Assembly: GCA_022827835.1 (NCBI GenBank)
Contig: JAJEIO010000048.1
Coordinates: forward strand, 62,687-126,686
Reading direction: 5' to 3'
DNA: 64,000 nt
Source: Candidatus Latescibacterota bacterium
GTDB taxonomy: Bacteria > Latescibacterota > UBA2968 > UBA8231
The notes below the pieces were generated by a model that worked only from the letters and a program-made list of their open reading frames with translations, ran no database searches and was not told the origin of the DNA. Position numbers and translations under genes: made by a program. Shown here piece by piece: positions 26,930 to 36,596 of the stretch (within the stretch, counting starts at the first letter, position 1; each line of letters begins with the position of its first letter).

Positions 26930-27769
26930 TTACGCCGCGTCGTATTCGGCCATCAAGCCGCGCAAGTAGCGCACGGCTTTGGGTATGGCGGTCGCCTCTG
27001 CTTCCACGTCCTGCCCTTCGTACACCACCGACAGCCAGCCATTGTAGTTCACGCCCTTCAAAATCTCGAAAATGCGCGGATAGTTAAGCCACTCTTCAAC
27101 GCCGCTTTCGATGCGGTAGATCTTGCAGCGGACGTGGACGGCCAACGGCGCGGTCTCCTCAATGCTGCCGTAAAAGTTGAGGGCGGGATCCTCGTGCCCG
27201 CGCTGGCCTGAAGCCCCGGGCGAGCCGACGTATTGACCCGTGTCGAGGATGTGCGAGAAATAGGGATTGTTGACGCCCTCGATAATGCGGCGCACATCTT
27301 TGCCCGTGCGCGTTACACAGCCGTGGTTGTGGTTGTGCAAGCCGACCACCACGCCCTTTTCCTCGCCGTGGGCCGCCACTTCCTCTAGACACGGCATCAT
27401 CCGCGCCCACACGTCCTCTTCGCGTTCGCCTTCGGGAATCCACGCGGCAAAGACCCGCACCAGCGGAATGCCCATGAACGCGGCTACGTCAATCCACTCC
27501 TTGGCGGTGGCGACTTCCGCGGCAAGCTCGTCTTGCGGCTTGCCGAAGTTGGAGCTGACGCCGATATAGGAAAGCGCCAACCCGCGTCTGAAGGCCTGCA
27601 TGCGAATGCTGCGCAGATAGGCCGGGTCGAGCGAGGTAAAGGCGCGCGTGTGAATATCGATGCCGTCGAGACCGAGCTGGTAGGCGCGTTCAATAAACTG
27701 CTCCAAGTCGAGCTTGTTCGCGGCAAATTCGTCTTTATAGCTGAGGGACATGCAGCCTAGTTTGAGCAT
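26930..27769 (-). CDS. sugar phosphate isomerase/epimerase (xylose isomerase-like TIM barrel)
   Basis: MLKLGCMSLSY...LDLEQFIERAYQLGLDGIDIH..., ...VVGLHNHNHG..., ...GWLSVVYEGQD. Typical AP_endonuc_2 / TIM-barrel family layout, 279 aa. Confidence 0.85.
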   Translation of the reverse strand: MLKLGCMSLSYKDEFAANKLDLEQFIERAYQLGLDGIDIHTRAFTSLDPAYLRSIRMQAFRRGLALSYIGVSSNFGKPQDELAAEVATAKEWIDVAAFMGIPLVRVFAAWIPEGEREEDVWARMMPCLEEVAAHGEEKGVVVGLHNHNHGCVTRTGKDVRRIIEGVNNPYFSHILDTGQYVGSPGASGQRGHEDPALNFYGSIEETAPLAVHVRCKIYRIESGVEEWLNYPRIFEILKGVNYNGWLSVVYEGQDVEAEATAIPKAVRYLRGLMAEYDAA

Positions 27770-27901
27770 TCGAGGCTTCCTTTAGATGAGGGATGGATGT
27801 TGGACATAACTCACAAGCGACAAAATAAGGAAAGGCGGAGAGGCGACCAAGAAAGGGGCCGTTTGTGGCTATCACCTAGGACAGGGACGATCCCAATCCC
27901 T

Positions 27902-30037
27902 TCAGTCTTGAGCGGCTTCCATCGCCTTCAGCACGGCTTCGCGGTTGTTACGCACGTTTTCTAGGGTCGGGTCGAGGGAAAGCGCTTGGTCGAAGTGTTG
28001 TAGCGCTTCGTCGCTTCTGCCCAAGTAGAAGAGGACGACACCCATGTTGCCATGGACTACTGCATCGCTCGGATTGATGTCGATGAGGCGATGAAAAAGT
28101 TCTAGTGCCTCGTCGTAGCGCTGCTGCTCTGACCTCAGATGGGCTAGCCTACGAATAGCCTTTGTATAATGTGGGTCTATCTCAAGGGCACGCATGTAGT
28201 ATTCTGTCGCCACCTCGAGTTGCTCGTTGTCCTGCGCGTCCTGCCCCATCTGAAAAAGAACCTTGGCCAACTCTTGGTGAGAGTTCGTATCTTGCGGATT
28301 GATTTGGATGGCGCGGCGCAGGTGATTTTCTGCTTCCTCAAAGCGTTCCAGTGTATTGAAGAGCGCGCCGAGGTTAAAAAGGACTTCAAAGTGATCTGGG
28401 CGCTGCTCTATGGCGACGCGGTACGCAGCGATGGCCTCCTCAAGCCGTCCCTGCTCGCTCAATGCAGCACCCAAATGAGCATGGGTGTTCTGCATTTGCG
28501 GATTGATTTGGATGGCGCGGCGCAAGTAGATTTCGGCTTCCCCGAACCGTCCCAATCTATGAAGAGCTGCACCCGTGATATTGTGAGCCTTGGCGTGATC
28601 TGGGCGTTGCTCTATGGCGACACGGCACACGGCGATAGCCTCGTCGTACCGTTTCTGATCGAACAGAACTTTGCCCAAGCTGAAGTGGACATCCCATGCC
28701 TGGGGGTTGTGTGAGATGATGTGGCGCAAGTGGGTTTCGTCGTCACTCCAGATGCTTGCCTGCCGCCAAGTCAGCAGCCCCAGCACAGCAATAACTACCG
28801 CTGCAACGGCCTGCGCACCCTTTTGCCAAAAGGCTGGTAGACGACACACGCCATAAGCGGCTGCACCGATGACGACAGCCATAACCCCGATGCCAGCCAG
28901 ATACTGAAAGCGGTCGGCGACGAAAGAAAACTGCATATAACCGTAATCAACGAAGCCCAAAATCGGCGACAGCGTAACGGCAAAAAACAACGTCCCGGCT
29001 AACGGCCCGCGCCCAAGCTGCGGCCGGAAGTACCACAGGGCCACCACCACTACAAAAGCAGCGATGAGATACCCCCAAGCCAGCGGGTCGGCAACGCGGA
29101 TGTCCCAAAGCGGGTAGATGACGGCTAGATTGGTCGGCCACAGCAGTTTACCTGCGTAAAACCACAGGGCGCGGGCGGCGATGAGCGTCCGTTCGGTCAA
29201 TGAGTAGTCGAAAGACGCGGTGCCTGTGGACCAGTAAAACGACAAGTCACCGACCGTAATGACTAGCCCGACCGCGAAGAACGGCCCCAGTCGCAACAGG
29301 TCGGTCGAGGTCACCCGGCCTTGTTGCCACCAATGCCAGATCAAAAGCGCCACCGGCAGCGTAATCGCGATGGACTTGCTCAGCAGAGCCGCCGCATACA
29401 ACGCCAGCGATCCTGCGTAGTACCGCGGACGCGGCTGCTCCACAAAGCGCATCCACGCCAGTGCCGCTGAAAGGTAAAACAAACCTGAAAGCACATCCTT
29501 GCGCTCAATGACCCAAGCCACCGACTCCACGTGTAGCGGATGCACGGCAAACACCGCGGCCACCACCCACGCACCGGGCACTGCCAACCGCCGCACCAGA
29601 TGCCACAAAAGCAGTGTATTCGTCAAGTGCAGCAGCACATTGACGATATGATAGCCCGTCGGGTCAAACCCCCATAGCTTGTGCTCCAGCCAGAAGGTCG
29701 TATAGACCAACGGCCAGTAATGCCCTTCTCCTTCGATAGCGCTGGGGGAGAACCAGATTTGCCACAGACCGGATACGTCCTGCACTGGCTTGGCGTCGAG
29801 GAGTATGCTATCGTCCCAGACGAATCCACCCCACAGCATTGCCGGCAGGTAGCAGATGACCACCAACAGGCCGAGCGCGAGGATGGGCAAGAAGTCCTGC
29901 CGCGTGAACATACGCGCCGATGGAGGGACAGGCTTCTCCCGGTGCTTGGAGGCGTCCCGCTGAGCCTGCCTACCCTCTTGCCGCGAAGGCGTGGGCTTTT
30001 CGCTGGGCGTCCTTGTCGTCTGCTTTCTTTTTGCCAT
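27902..30037 (-). CDS. GT-C fold PMT/TMTC-like membrane glycosyltransferase fused to C-terminal TPR repeats (paralogue 2)
   Basis: Same architecture as 20372-22822, with long identical stretches such as the 47-aa run DAKPVQDVSGLWQIWFSPSAIEGEGHYWPLVYTTFWLEHKLWGFDPT. Start set at the ATG at 30037 (MAKRKQTTRTPSEK...), parallel to MAKRRPTGKTPSQR... in paralogue 1. Confidence 0.8.
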   Translation of the reverse strand: MAKRKQTTRTPSEKPTPSRQEGRQAQRDASKHREKPVPPSARMFTRQDFLPILALGLLVVICYLPAMLWGGFVWDDSILLDAKPVQDVSGLWQIWFSPSAIEGEGHYWPLVYTTFWLEHKLWGFDPTGYHIVNVLLHLTNTLLLWHLVRRLAVPGAWVVAAVFAVHPLHVESVAWVIERKDVLSGLFYLSAALAWMRFVEQPRPRYYAGSLALYAAALLSKSIAITLPVALLIWHWWQQGRVTSTDLLRLGPFFAVGLVITVGDLSFYWSTGTASFDYSLTERTLIAARALWFYAGKLLWPTNLAVIYPLWDIRVADPLAWGYLIAAFVVVVALWYFRPQLGRGPLAGTLFFAVTLSPILGFVDYGYMQFSFVADRFQYLAGIGVMAVVIGAAAYGVCRLPAFWQKGAQAVAAVVIAVLGLLTWRQASIWSDDETHLRHIISHNPQAWDVHFSLGKVLFDQKRYDEAIAVCRVAIEQRPDHAKAHNITGAALHRLGRFGEAEIYLRRAIQINPQMQNTHAHLGAALSEQGRLEEAIAAYRVAIEQRPDHFEVLFNLGALFNTLERFEEAENHLRRAIQINPQDTNSHQELAKVLFQMGQDAQDNEQLEVATEYYMRALEIDPHYTKAIRRLAHLRSEQQRYDEALELFHRLIDINPSDAVVHGNMGVVLFYLGRSDEALQHFDQALSLDPTLENVRNNREAVLKAMEAAQD

Positions 30038-30137
30038 TTGGATTAGAAAATTAACGCACCAAAACGCGGCGGCCAATTTGTCCGTAGCCGGGGCTTGTGC
30101 TATTTTCCGCGCTCCACCTCAAACGGAAAGCAAAGCT

Positions 30138-31241
30138 GTGATCGAAGTAGGAGAATACAAAGTCGCCGAGCCGGACGGCATCGAGACCCCAGCCATGCTG
30201 GTCTTTGCCGACCAACTCGACCACAACATAAAAGCAGTCGGCGAACTAGCCGGCGGCAGCGAACATCTATTCGTCCACGTCAAGACCCACAAGTCCATTG
30301 ACGTAACGCGCAAACAACTCGCGTCCGGCGTCGCTGGGTTCAAATGCGCCACGCTCAAGGAGCTGGAAATGGTCCTCGACGCCGGCGCGCAGGAAGCTAT
30401 TCTGTCCTATCCGCTGGTGCAAAAAAGCAAAGTCCTGCGCTTTGCCGAGTTGGCTCAACGGGATGCAACTATCAGCGCGATTGCCAGCGCCCCCGCGCAC
30501 GTGCAGGTGTTGGGCGATGTGGCGCAAGAGCGGCAGCAAACCCTGCGGGTGATGATCGACCTCAACGTAGGCATGTTCCGCACCGGTGTCCCTTTGGACG
30601 CGGCCATTGACCTCTACCGCCAAGTCGCCCAACACCTCCACCTGTCGCCGGGCGGGCTGCACTTGTACGACGGGCACGAGACTATCTCCGAGCCTAAGGC
30701 GCGCCAAGCAGCAGCCGAGCAGCACATCTGCGATGCCCAACGCCTAAAAGCAGCCCTCGAAGGCGAGGGCTTGGCCGTGCCTTGGGTCGGCGGCGGCGGC
30801 TCCTTTTCCTCCTTATACTACGCCCGCACCAAGGGGATGTACGGCTCTCCAGGCACCTGCGTGTACTGGGATGCTGGGTACGGCAGCAAAATGGCCGAGT
30901 TGCCCTTCAAATGGGCGGCTCTCGTCCTGACGCAAGTGATCGATCGCTATCCCGAGCACCAGACGCTCACCACGGACTTGGGCACCAAGGCCATCAGCGA
31001 CGATGGCCCCCTAGCGACCCGGGCCAAGCTCTTGCAGAACCCACAGGCCGAACTGACCAGGCAAAACGAAGAACACGGCGTCTTCGCCTGGTCCGGGCCT
31101 CAGCCCGAAGTCGGCGACTACCTACTCGCCGTGCCTTGGCACGTGTGTCCGACGACGATTCGCTACCCGGGCGCACACGTCATCGACAGCCACGGGCAGG
31201 TCGCCGACTACTACCTGCACTCGGCCCGCGACCGGGACTAA
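30138..31241 (+). CDS. D-TA family PLP-dependent enzyme (D-threonine aldolase / D-serine deaminase-like, alanine-racemase-N fold)
   Basis: PAMLVFADQLDHNIKAV...LFVHVKTHKSIDVTRKQL (PLP Lys in HVKTHK), GFKCATLKELE, ...WHVCPTTIRYPGAHVID (C-terminal metal-binding type motif). Start placed at the in-frame GTG at 30138. The 29991 start would add a hydrophobic, non-homologous 49 aa overlapping the divergent gene. Confidence 0.72.
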   Translation: MIEVGEYKVAEPDGIETPAMLVFADQLDHNIKAVGELAGGSEHLFVHVKTHKSIDVTRKQLASGVAGFKCATLKELEMVLDAGAQEAILSYPLVQKSKVLRFAELAQRDATISAIASAPAHVQVLGDVAQERQQTLRVMIDLNVGMFRTGVPLDAAIDLYRQVAQHLHLSPGGLHLYDGHETISEPKARQAAAEQHICDAQRLKAALEGEGLAVPWVGGGGSFSSLYYARTKGMYGSPGTCVYWDAGYGSKMAELPFKWAALVLTQVIDRYPEHQTLTTDLGTKAISDDGPLATRAKLLQNPQAELTRQNEEHGVFAWSGPQPEVGDYLLAVPWHVCPTTIRYPGAHVIDSHGQVADYYLHSARDRD

Positions 31242-31326
31242 TAAGATAATCCGCAGATGGACGCAGAATTTTGGGGGTGCTGTAGGATGACCAACGCGAC
31301 TATTGGCCGACCTTGGGTTCGCCGCT

Positions 31327-32475
31327 ATGCGTCGGCTAGCTGAACTGGCCGCCCAGGAACGACGGCGGGTCGTGGGGCTGATGTCCGGCACCTCGGCCGA
31401 CGGGATTGACGCCGTGCTGGTCGATTTGTGGGGCAGTGGCGAATCCACGCGCTACGAAATTTTGTCCTTTAACACCACGCCGCTGCCCAGCGAATTGCGA
31501 CGCGAGGTGTTCGCCCTCTTCGCCGAGGATGCGTCGCTCGACGCACTGTGCCGGGTCAACTTTGCCCTCGGCGAGGCTTTTGCCACAGCGGCCCTAGCCG
31601 CAGTCAAGCAGGCCAACCTCGGCCCCGAATCCATCGACCTGATTGGCTCGCACGGGCAGACCGTGCGCCATCTGCCGGCTAGCGGGGCCACCTTGCAGAT
31701 TGGCGAGCCAGCCGTCATTGCCGCGCGCACGGGCGCGGTGACCATTGCGGACTTTCGCGCGGCTGACATGGCCGTCGGCGGCGAGGGCGCACCGCTAGTG
31801 CCGCTAGTAGATCACCTGCTCTTTGCCGGGCACGAAGGGCGTCTGTTGCTCAATATCGGTGGGATCGCCAACATCACGGCCTTGCCAGCCAACGCCGATG
31901 TCAGCGCAGTACGGGCCTTTGACCTAGGACCGGGCAACATGCTCATTGACGCGGCGGTGGCGCACTGTACCGGCGGTCGCGAACATTTCGACCGGGAGGG
32001 GGCGCGAGCGGCGCGAGGGCGCGTCGATGAAGCCCTGTTAGCCGAGCTGATGCGCCACAGCTTCTTGCAGCGCGAGCCGCCCAAATCCACGGGGCGCGAG
32101 GAATTTGGCGAGCCTTTCCTCGCGGAAATTCTCCGGCGCGGCACGTGGAATGACTCCGACCTGATCGCCACGCTGACCGCCTTTACCGTGCAATCCATTG
32201 CCGAGGGCATTCGCCGCTTTTGCCCAGGAGAGTTCGCCAAGCTCTGGGTCGGTGGTGGCGGCGTCCACAATCCGCGCATTATGGCTGGGTTGCGCCACGC
32301 GCTGCCGGAGCTAGCGGTGCAGTCGCTGGCCGACCTAGGCGTCGATCCAGACGCGCGCGAGGCGCTCTCCTTTGCGGTGCTTGCCAACGAGACGCTGATG
32401 GGTCGCACCGGCAATATCCCGGCCGTCACCCGTGCACAGCGTCCGGTCGTCCTCGGCAAAATCGCCCTGCCGTGA
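31327..32475 (+). CDS. anmK: anhydro-N-acetylmuramic acid kinase
   Basis: VVGLMSGTSADGIDAVLVDL (the AnmK N-terminal GxMSGTSxDGxD motif), GSHGQTVRH, DFRAADMAVGGEGAPLVP, ...NIGGIANIT..., GPGNMLID. Confidence 0.9.
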   Translation: MRRLAELAAQERRRVVGLMSGTSADGIDAVLVDLWGSGESTRYEILSFNTTPLPSELRREVFALFAEDASLDALCRVNFALGEAFATAALAAVKQANLGPESIDLIGSHGQTVRHLPASGATLQIGEPAVIAARTGAVTIADFRAADMAVGGEGAPLVPLVDHLLFAGHEGRLLLNIGGIANITALPANADVSAVRAFDLGPGNMLIDAAVAHCTGGREHFDREGARAARGRVDEALLAELMRHSFLQREPPKSTGREEFGEPFLAEILRRGTWNDSDLIATLTAFTVQSIAEGIRRFCPGEFAKLWVGGGGVHNPRIMAGLRHALPELAVQSLADLGVDPDAREALSFAVLANETLMGRTGNIPAVTRAQRPVVLGKIALP

Positions 32476-32587
32476 ACCCACATCCGCGTAGGGGCGACCG
32501 GTCGGTCGCCCCTACATTTGATAAAAATCCGCCCCGCAAATATGTTTGCCCGCTAGCTTTTTCGACATACACCACAAAGGAGACCCA

Positions 32588-35500
32588 ATGGATCGCCGCG
32601 ATTTTGAACTGCTGCGCGACGAAGAAATTCCCGAGCTCAATACCCGCGCCCTGCTCTATCGGCACCGCACCGGCTGCGAGATCGTCTCGCTGATCAACGA
32701 CGACGAAAACAAAGTCTTTGGCATCAATTTCCGCACCCCACCGGCCGATTCGACCGGCATTGCCCACATCCTCGAACACTCCGTGCTGTGCGGCTCGCGC
32801 AAGTACCCGGTCAAGGAGCCGTTTGTCGAGCTGATCAAAGGCTCGCTCAACACCTTCCTCAACGCCTTCACCTATCCAGACAAAACCTGCTACCCGGTCG
32901 CCAGCACCAACGTGCAGGATTTCTACAACCTGATCGACGTGTACCTCGACGCCGTATTCTATCCGCGGCTGACGCCGGAAGTCCTGCAACAGGAAGGCTG
33001 GCACTACGAGTTAGAAGACCCCGGCGACCCGCTGCGCTACAAAGGCGTGGTTTTCAACGAAATGAAAGGCTCGTATTCCGATCCCGAGCGGATTCTAGGC
33101 GAGCGTATCCAGCAATCCATCTTCCCGGACACCACCTACGGCGTGGATTCCGGCGGCGACCCGCGCCACATCCCGGCCCTCACCTTCGACCAGTTCAAGC
33201 GCTTCCACGACGACTTTTACCACCCGTCCAATGCCCGCATCTACTTCTACGGCGACGACGACCCCCAGCAGCGCCTTGCGCTGTTGCACGACTATCTAAG
33301 CTCCTACGAGGAGCATTCCGTTGACTCGACTATCGGAACCCAGCCGCGCTTTGCCGCGCCCAAGCGGCAGCAATTTCCTTATGCAGTCAATCCAGACGCG
33401 GTCGAAGAGCCAAAGTGCTTTGTCGCGCTCACTTGGCTGTTGCAAGACGATATTGACGCGGACGAGCGTCGTGCCCTCCAAGTACTCGAACACGCGCTGC
33501 TCGGCACTCCGGGGTCTCCGCTGCGCAAGGCCCTGATCGACTCCGGGCTAGGCGAGGATTTGACCGGTAGCGGGCTAGAGGTTGAATTGGCGCAGATGTT
33601 CTTCAGCGTGGGCCTCAAGGGCGTGCAACAGGGCAATACCGATGCGGTTGAGGCTCTTATTTTGCAACACCTCGGCGAGCTAGCAGACGGCGGGATCGAC
33701 CAAGGGATGGTCGCGGCCTCGTTGCACACTGCGGAGTTCCGCTTCCGGGAAAACAACACCGGGTCTTTTCCGCGCGGCTTGGGGCTGATGCTGCGGCTGT
33801 TGACCGACTGGCTCTACGACCGCGACCCCTTCACGCCCTTGCGCTTTGCCGACTCCTTCGCCGCGCTCAAGGCCAAGCTGGCGGCGGACGACCGCTATTT
33901 AGAAGGACTGATCCAACGCCACCTCTTAGGCAACGCGCACCGCACGACCGTGATCCTCCAGCCCGATGCCGAGTTGGGGACGCGACAGGAGGAGGAAGAG
34001 ATTGCACGCCTAGCAGCGGCTCGGGCGGACATGAGCCACGCGGATTTAGAAGAACTCGTCGCATCCACCGAAAAGCTCAAGCACCTGCAAGAGCAACCCG
34101 ACACGCCCGAGGATCTGGCCAAGCTGCCCCGCTTGCAATTGAGCGACCTCGACAAAGCGATCAAGACCGTGCCTCGGCAAGAAGACCAAATCGCCGGGGT
34201 GCCGGTACTCCACCACGACCTCTTCACCAATGGCATCGCCTATCTCGACGTGGGCTGCGATCTGCGGGTGTTGCCCCAAGAGCTTTTGCCCTATACCCCG
34301 CTCTTTGGGCGCGCCCTGCTGGAGATGGGCACCAAGCGCATGAGCTTCGTCGAGCTGCAACAGCGGATCGGCAGCCAGACCGGCGGCCTGAGTGCCCATT
34401 CACTGGTGGGGCCGCGTCCCGACGGCGGGCCGGCCGCGGCGTACCTCTTTTTGCGCGGCAAGGCCATGGCCGAACGGGTCGCCGACCTGACGGCGATTGT
34501 GCGCGACGTGTTGCTAGAGGGTCGTCTCGACGATCAGGAGCGCTTCTTGCAGATGGCCTTAGAAGAGCGGGCCAGCGCCGAGGCCGGGCTAGTGCCGGGC
34601 GGGCACCGAGTGGTATTAACGCGGCTGCGCGCGCAATTCGACGAGACCGGCTGGCTCGCAGAGCAGATGCGCGGCTTGAGCTATCTGTTCTTCTTGCGGC
34701 AACTCATCGAAGACATCCGCGGCGACTGGCCGGCCGTGCAGGCGCGGCTGGAGCAGATCCGCGCCCTACTGGTCAACCGGTCGGGCATGCTGTGCAACGC
34801 AACCGTGGCCGGCGGCGACCGCGCTGCCTGCGACCAGAGCTTAGCAGCACTGTTGCGCGAGTTGCCGCAAGAGGCGCACTCGTCCGCGACTTGGACGCCG
34901 CACCTGACCGCAGCCGACGAGGGCCTGACCGTTCCCGCCCAAGTCAACTACGTGGGCAAGGCGGCCAACCTCTTCGCGCTCGGCTACGAATTGGACGGAT
35001 CCTCGACCGTCATCACGCGCTACTTGGCCACCACTTGGCTGTGGGATCGGGTGCGCGTCCAAGGCGGAGCCTACGGGGCCTTTTGCTCCTTCGACCCATT
35101 TACCGGCGTATTCGCGTACGCGTCCTACCGCGACCCCAACCTGTTGGAGACCCTACAAGTGTACGACCAGAGCGGGGCTTTCTTGCGCGACTATCCGATC
35201 AGAAGCGACGAACTGACCAAGGCCATCATCGGCACCATCGGCGACTTCGACGCCTACCAGCTCCCCGACGCCAAGGGCTACGCTTCGCTGGTGCGCTACC
35301 TGACTGGCATCGACGACGACTATCGCCAGCAAATGCGCGACCAAGTCTTGGGCACCAAGGCCGAGTACTTTGCCGATTTTGCCGCCGTGCTGGATCAAGT
35401 TGGCGCAGCGGGCCGGGTCGCAGTGCTGGGGTCGGCGGATGCGATTGCCGCGGCGTCGGCTGCGCGCGACAATTGGCTGACGCCGGTCAAGGTGCTGTGA
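32588..35500 (+). CDS. M16C insulinase-family metallopeptidase (presequence-protease/PqqL-like)
   Basis: Inverted zinc motif HILEHSVLCGSRKYPVKEPFVELIKGSLNTFLNAFTYPDKTCYPVAS, ...GVVFNEMKG. About 970 aa with a four-domain clamshell length. AGGAG lies 7 nt before the ATG at 32588. Confidence 0.9.
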   Translation: MDRRDFELLRDEEIPELNTRALLYRHRTGCEIVSLINDDENKVFGINFRTPPADSTGIAHILEHSVLCGSRKYPVKEPFVELIKGSLNTFLNAFTYPDKTCYPVASTNVQDFYNLIDVYLDAVFYPRLTPEVLQQEGWHYELEDPGDPLRYKGVVFNEMKGSYSDPERILGERIQQSIFPDTTYGVDSGGDPRHIPALTFDQFKRFHDDFYHPSNARIYFYGDDDPQQRLALLHDYLSSYEEHSVDSTIGTQPRFAAPKRQQFPYAVNPDAVEEPKCFVALTWLLQDDIDADERRALQVLEHALLGTPGSPLRKALIDSGLGEDLTGSGLEVELAQMFFSVGLKGVQQGNTDAVEALILQHLGELADGGIDQGMVAASLHTAEFRFRENNTGSFPRGLGLMLRLLTDWLYDRDPFTPLRFADSFAALKAKLAADDRYLEGLIQRHLLGNAHRTTVILQPDAELGTRQEEEEIARLAAARADMSHADLEELVASTEKLKHLQEQPDTPEDLAKLPRLQLSDLDKAIKTVPRQEDQIAGVPVLHHDLFTNGIAYLDVGCDLRVLPQELLPYTPLFGRALLEMGTKRMSFVELQQRIGSQTGGLSAHSLVGPRPDGGPAAAYLFLRGKAMAERVADLTAIVRDVLLEGRLDDQERFLQMALEERASAEAGLVPGGHRVVLTRLRAQFDETGWLAEQMRGLSYLFFLRQLIEDIRGDWPAVQARLEQIRALLVNRSGMLCNATVAGGDRAACDQSLAALLRELPQEAHSSATWTPHLTAADEGLTVPAQVNYVGKAANLFALGYELDGSSTVITRYLATTWLWDRVRVQGGAYGAFCSFDPFTGVFAYASYRDPNLLETLQVYDQSGAFLRDYPIRSDELTKAIIGTIGDFDAYQLPDAKGYASLVRYLTGIDDDYRQQMRDQVLGTKAEYFADFAAVLDQVGAAGRVAVLGSADAIAAASAARDNWLTPVKVL

Positions 35501-35549
35501 GCTTCGACTATTGGCAAAATGTTCCATGCCGCAAAAATTATTCGCACGA

Positions 35550-35576
35550 CCGCCTAGGCAACTAGGCGGTTTTTTT
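35550..35576 (+). terminator. intrinsic terminator after the M16C gene
   Basis: CCGCCTAG-gcaa-CTAGGCGG followed by T7. Confidence 0.7.
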
Positions 35577-35638
35577 ATTTTTGCGGTTCACGTAATCGCG
35601 CTTCGTGGGTCATATAGGACAAATGCGCTACCGGCCGG
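35570..35638 (+). promoter_or_regulatory. conserved intergenic element, copy A (candidate promoter/leader)
   Basis: T-rich tract followed by CGGTTCACGTAATCGCGCTTCGTGGGTCATATAGGACAAATGCGCTACCGGCCGG. Near-identical to copy B at 36597-36663. The core begins 91 nt upstream of the ATG at 35675. Confidence 0.4.
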
Positions 35639-35674
35639 AGCAACAACCCGCACTCTTCCGCAAAGGAGGGCATC

Positions 35675-36520
35675 ATGCAACCCTTAGCCATTCGCATCCT
35701 ATATGTCGCCCTGATCGCCGTCTATGGCGTTTCCAGCGCAGCCGCGGTCGAGACCAAGTATCCGCACGGCGGCTTTGAGCCCCGCCTCGACAAACTCCAG
35801 GGCTTGCTTGACTATGTCCATACCGCGAAGAAGATCAAGATCCAAGCCGGTCCCAAGTTATGGCAGGCCATTACGACCATCCCCGTCGCGACAGGCATCC
35901 CTATCACCCCCGAGCAAGAAGCCGACCTGCGCGACTGGCTCTACGACTTTCTCGTCGCCTTTTCCGTCTCTGGCAATGACAGCCTCGCTGCCGAGTTTTA
36001 CCTGCGCGAGGGCGTCAACAACCCTAGAGCTATAAAAAATATGAAAGACACCCTAGAGAAGTGGGGAATCCCCAAAGGGGACACGCCCTTTGACCTCTTC
36101 CAAGCCATGCACCGCGCCGTACTCGACGACCAAGGCTGTGAATACCGCTTTGGCAATGCCTTCTTTCGCCACAGCACGTTTAAGGTATTCGAGATGCAGG
36201 GCCGGTACGAGAGCTATCGGACTCACCCGAGGGAAGCTGTCAAGCAGGGCCGGTACGAGAGCTACCCGAGGGACGTTGTCAAGGCCCGATTCAAATTGCA
36301 GCAAGAGGTTGACGGGGCGCTGCGAGCCGGTGAGAAGCGGGTCTTCACCGACATCGCATTTGTCACCGAAGAGCCGACGGAGTTCGCCGGGTCGGAAGGG
36401 CCGATCTGCACTCCCTTCTTTTGCCGGTTGGTCTGGGATCCAGAGCGGGCGATGTGGCGCTTTGTAGAGGTCGTCTATAACTCCAAACAGCCGAATTCTT
36501 TTCTATTTTCGGCCATATAA
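35675..36520 (+). CDS. hypothetical secreted protein
   Basis: Signal peptide MQPLAIRILYVALIAVYGVSSAAA. Contains an internal 48/39-nt duplication (QGRYESYRTHPREAVK / QGRYESYPRDVVK, 36197-36283). No family recognised. Confidence 0.5.
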   Translation: MQPLAIRILYVALIAVYGVSSAAAVETKYPHGGFEPRLDKLQGLLDYVHTAKKIKIQAGPKLWQAITTIPVATGIPITPEQEADLRDWLYDFLVAFSVSGNDSLAAEFYLREGVNNPRAIKNMKDTLEKWGIPKGDTPFDLFQAMHRAVLDDQGCEYRFGNAFFRHSTFKVFEMQGRYESYRTHPREAVKQGRYESYPRDVVKARFKLQQEVDGALRAGEKRVFTDIAFVTEEPTEFAGSEGPICTPFFCRLVWDPERAMWRFVEVVYNSKQPNSFLFSAI

Positions 36521-36540
36521 TTGGCAGCGACTTTCAGCAA

Positions 36541-36578
36541 CGCCGGCACCCTTTTCCGCAAGGGTGCCGGCGTTTATT
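36541..36578 (+). terminator. intrinsic terminator
   Basis: CGCCGGCACCCTT-ttccgc-AAGGGTGCCGGCG followed by TTTATT. Confidence 0.7.
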
Positions 36579-36596
36579 CACGATCGTGCGAGGAGA

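Noticed and set aside
29991-30137. Upstream extension of the D-TA family gene (start at 29991)
   Set aside because: It adds 49 non-homologous hydrophobic residues and overlaps the divergent paralogue-2 start. The in-frame GTG at 30138 sits right before the conserved N-terminus.
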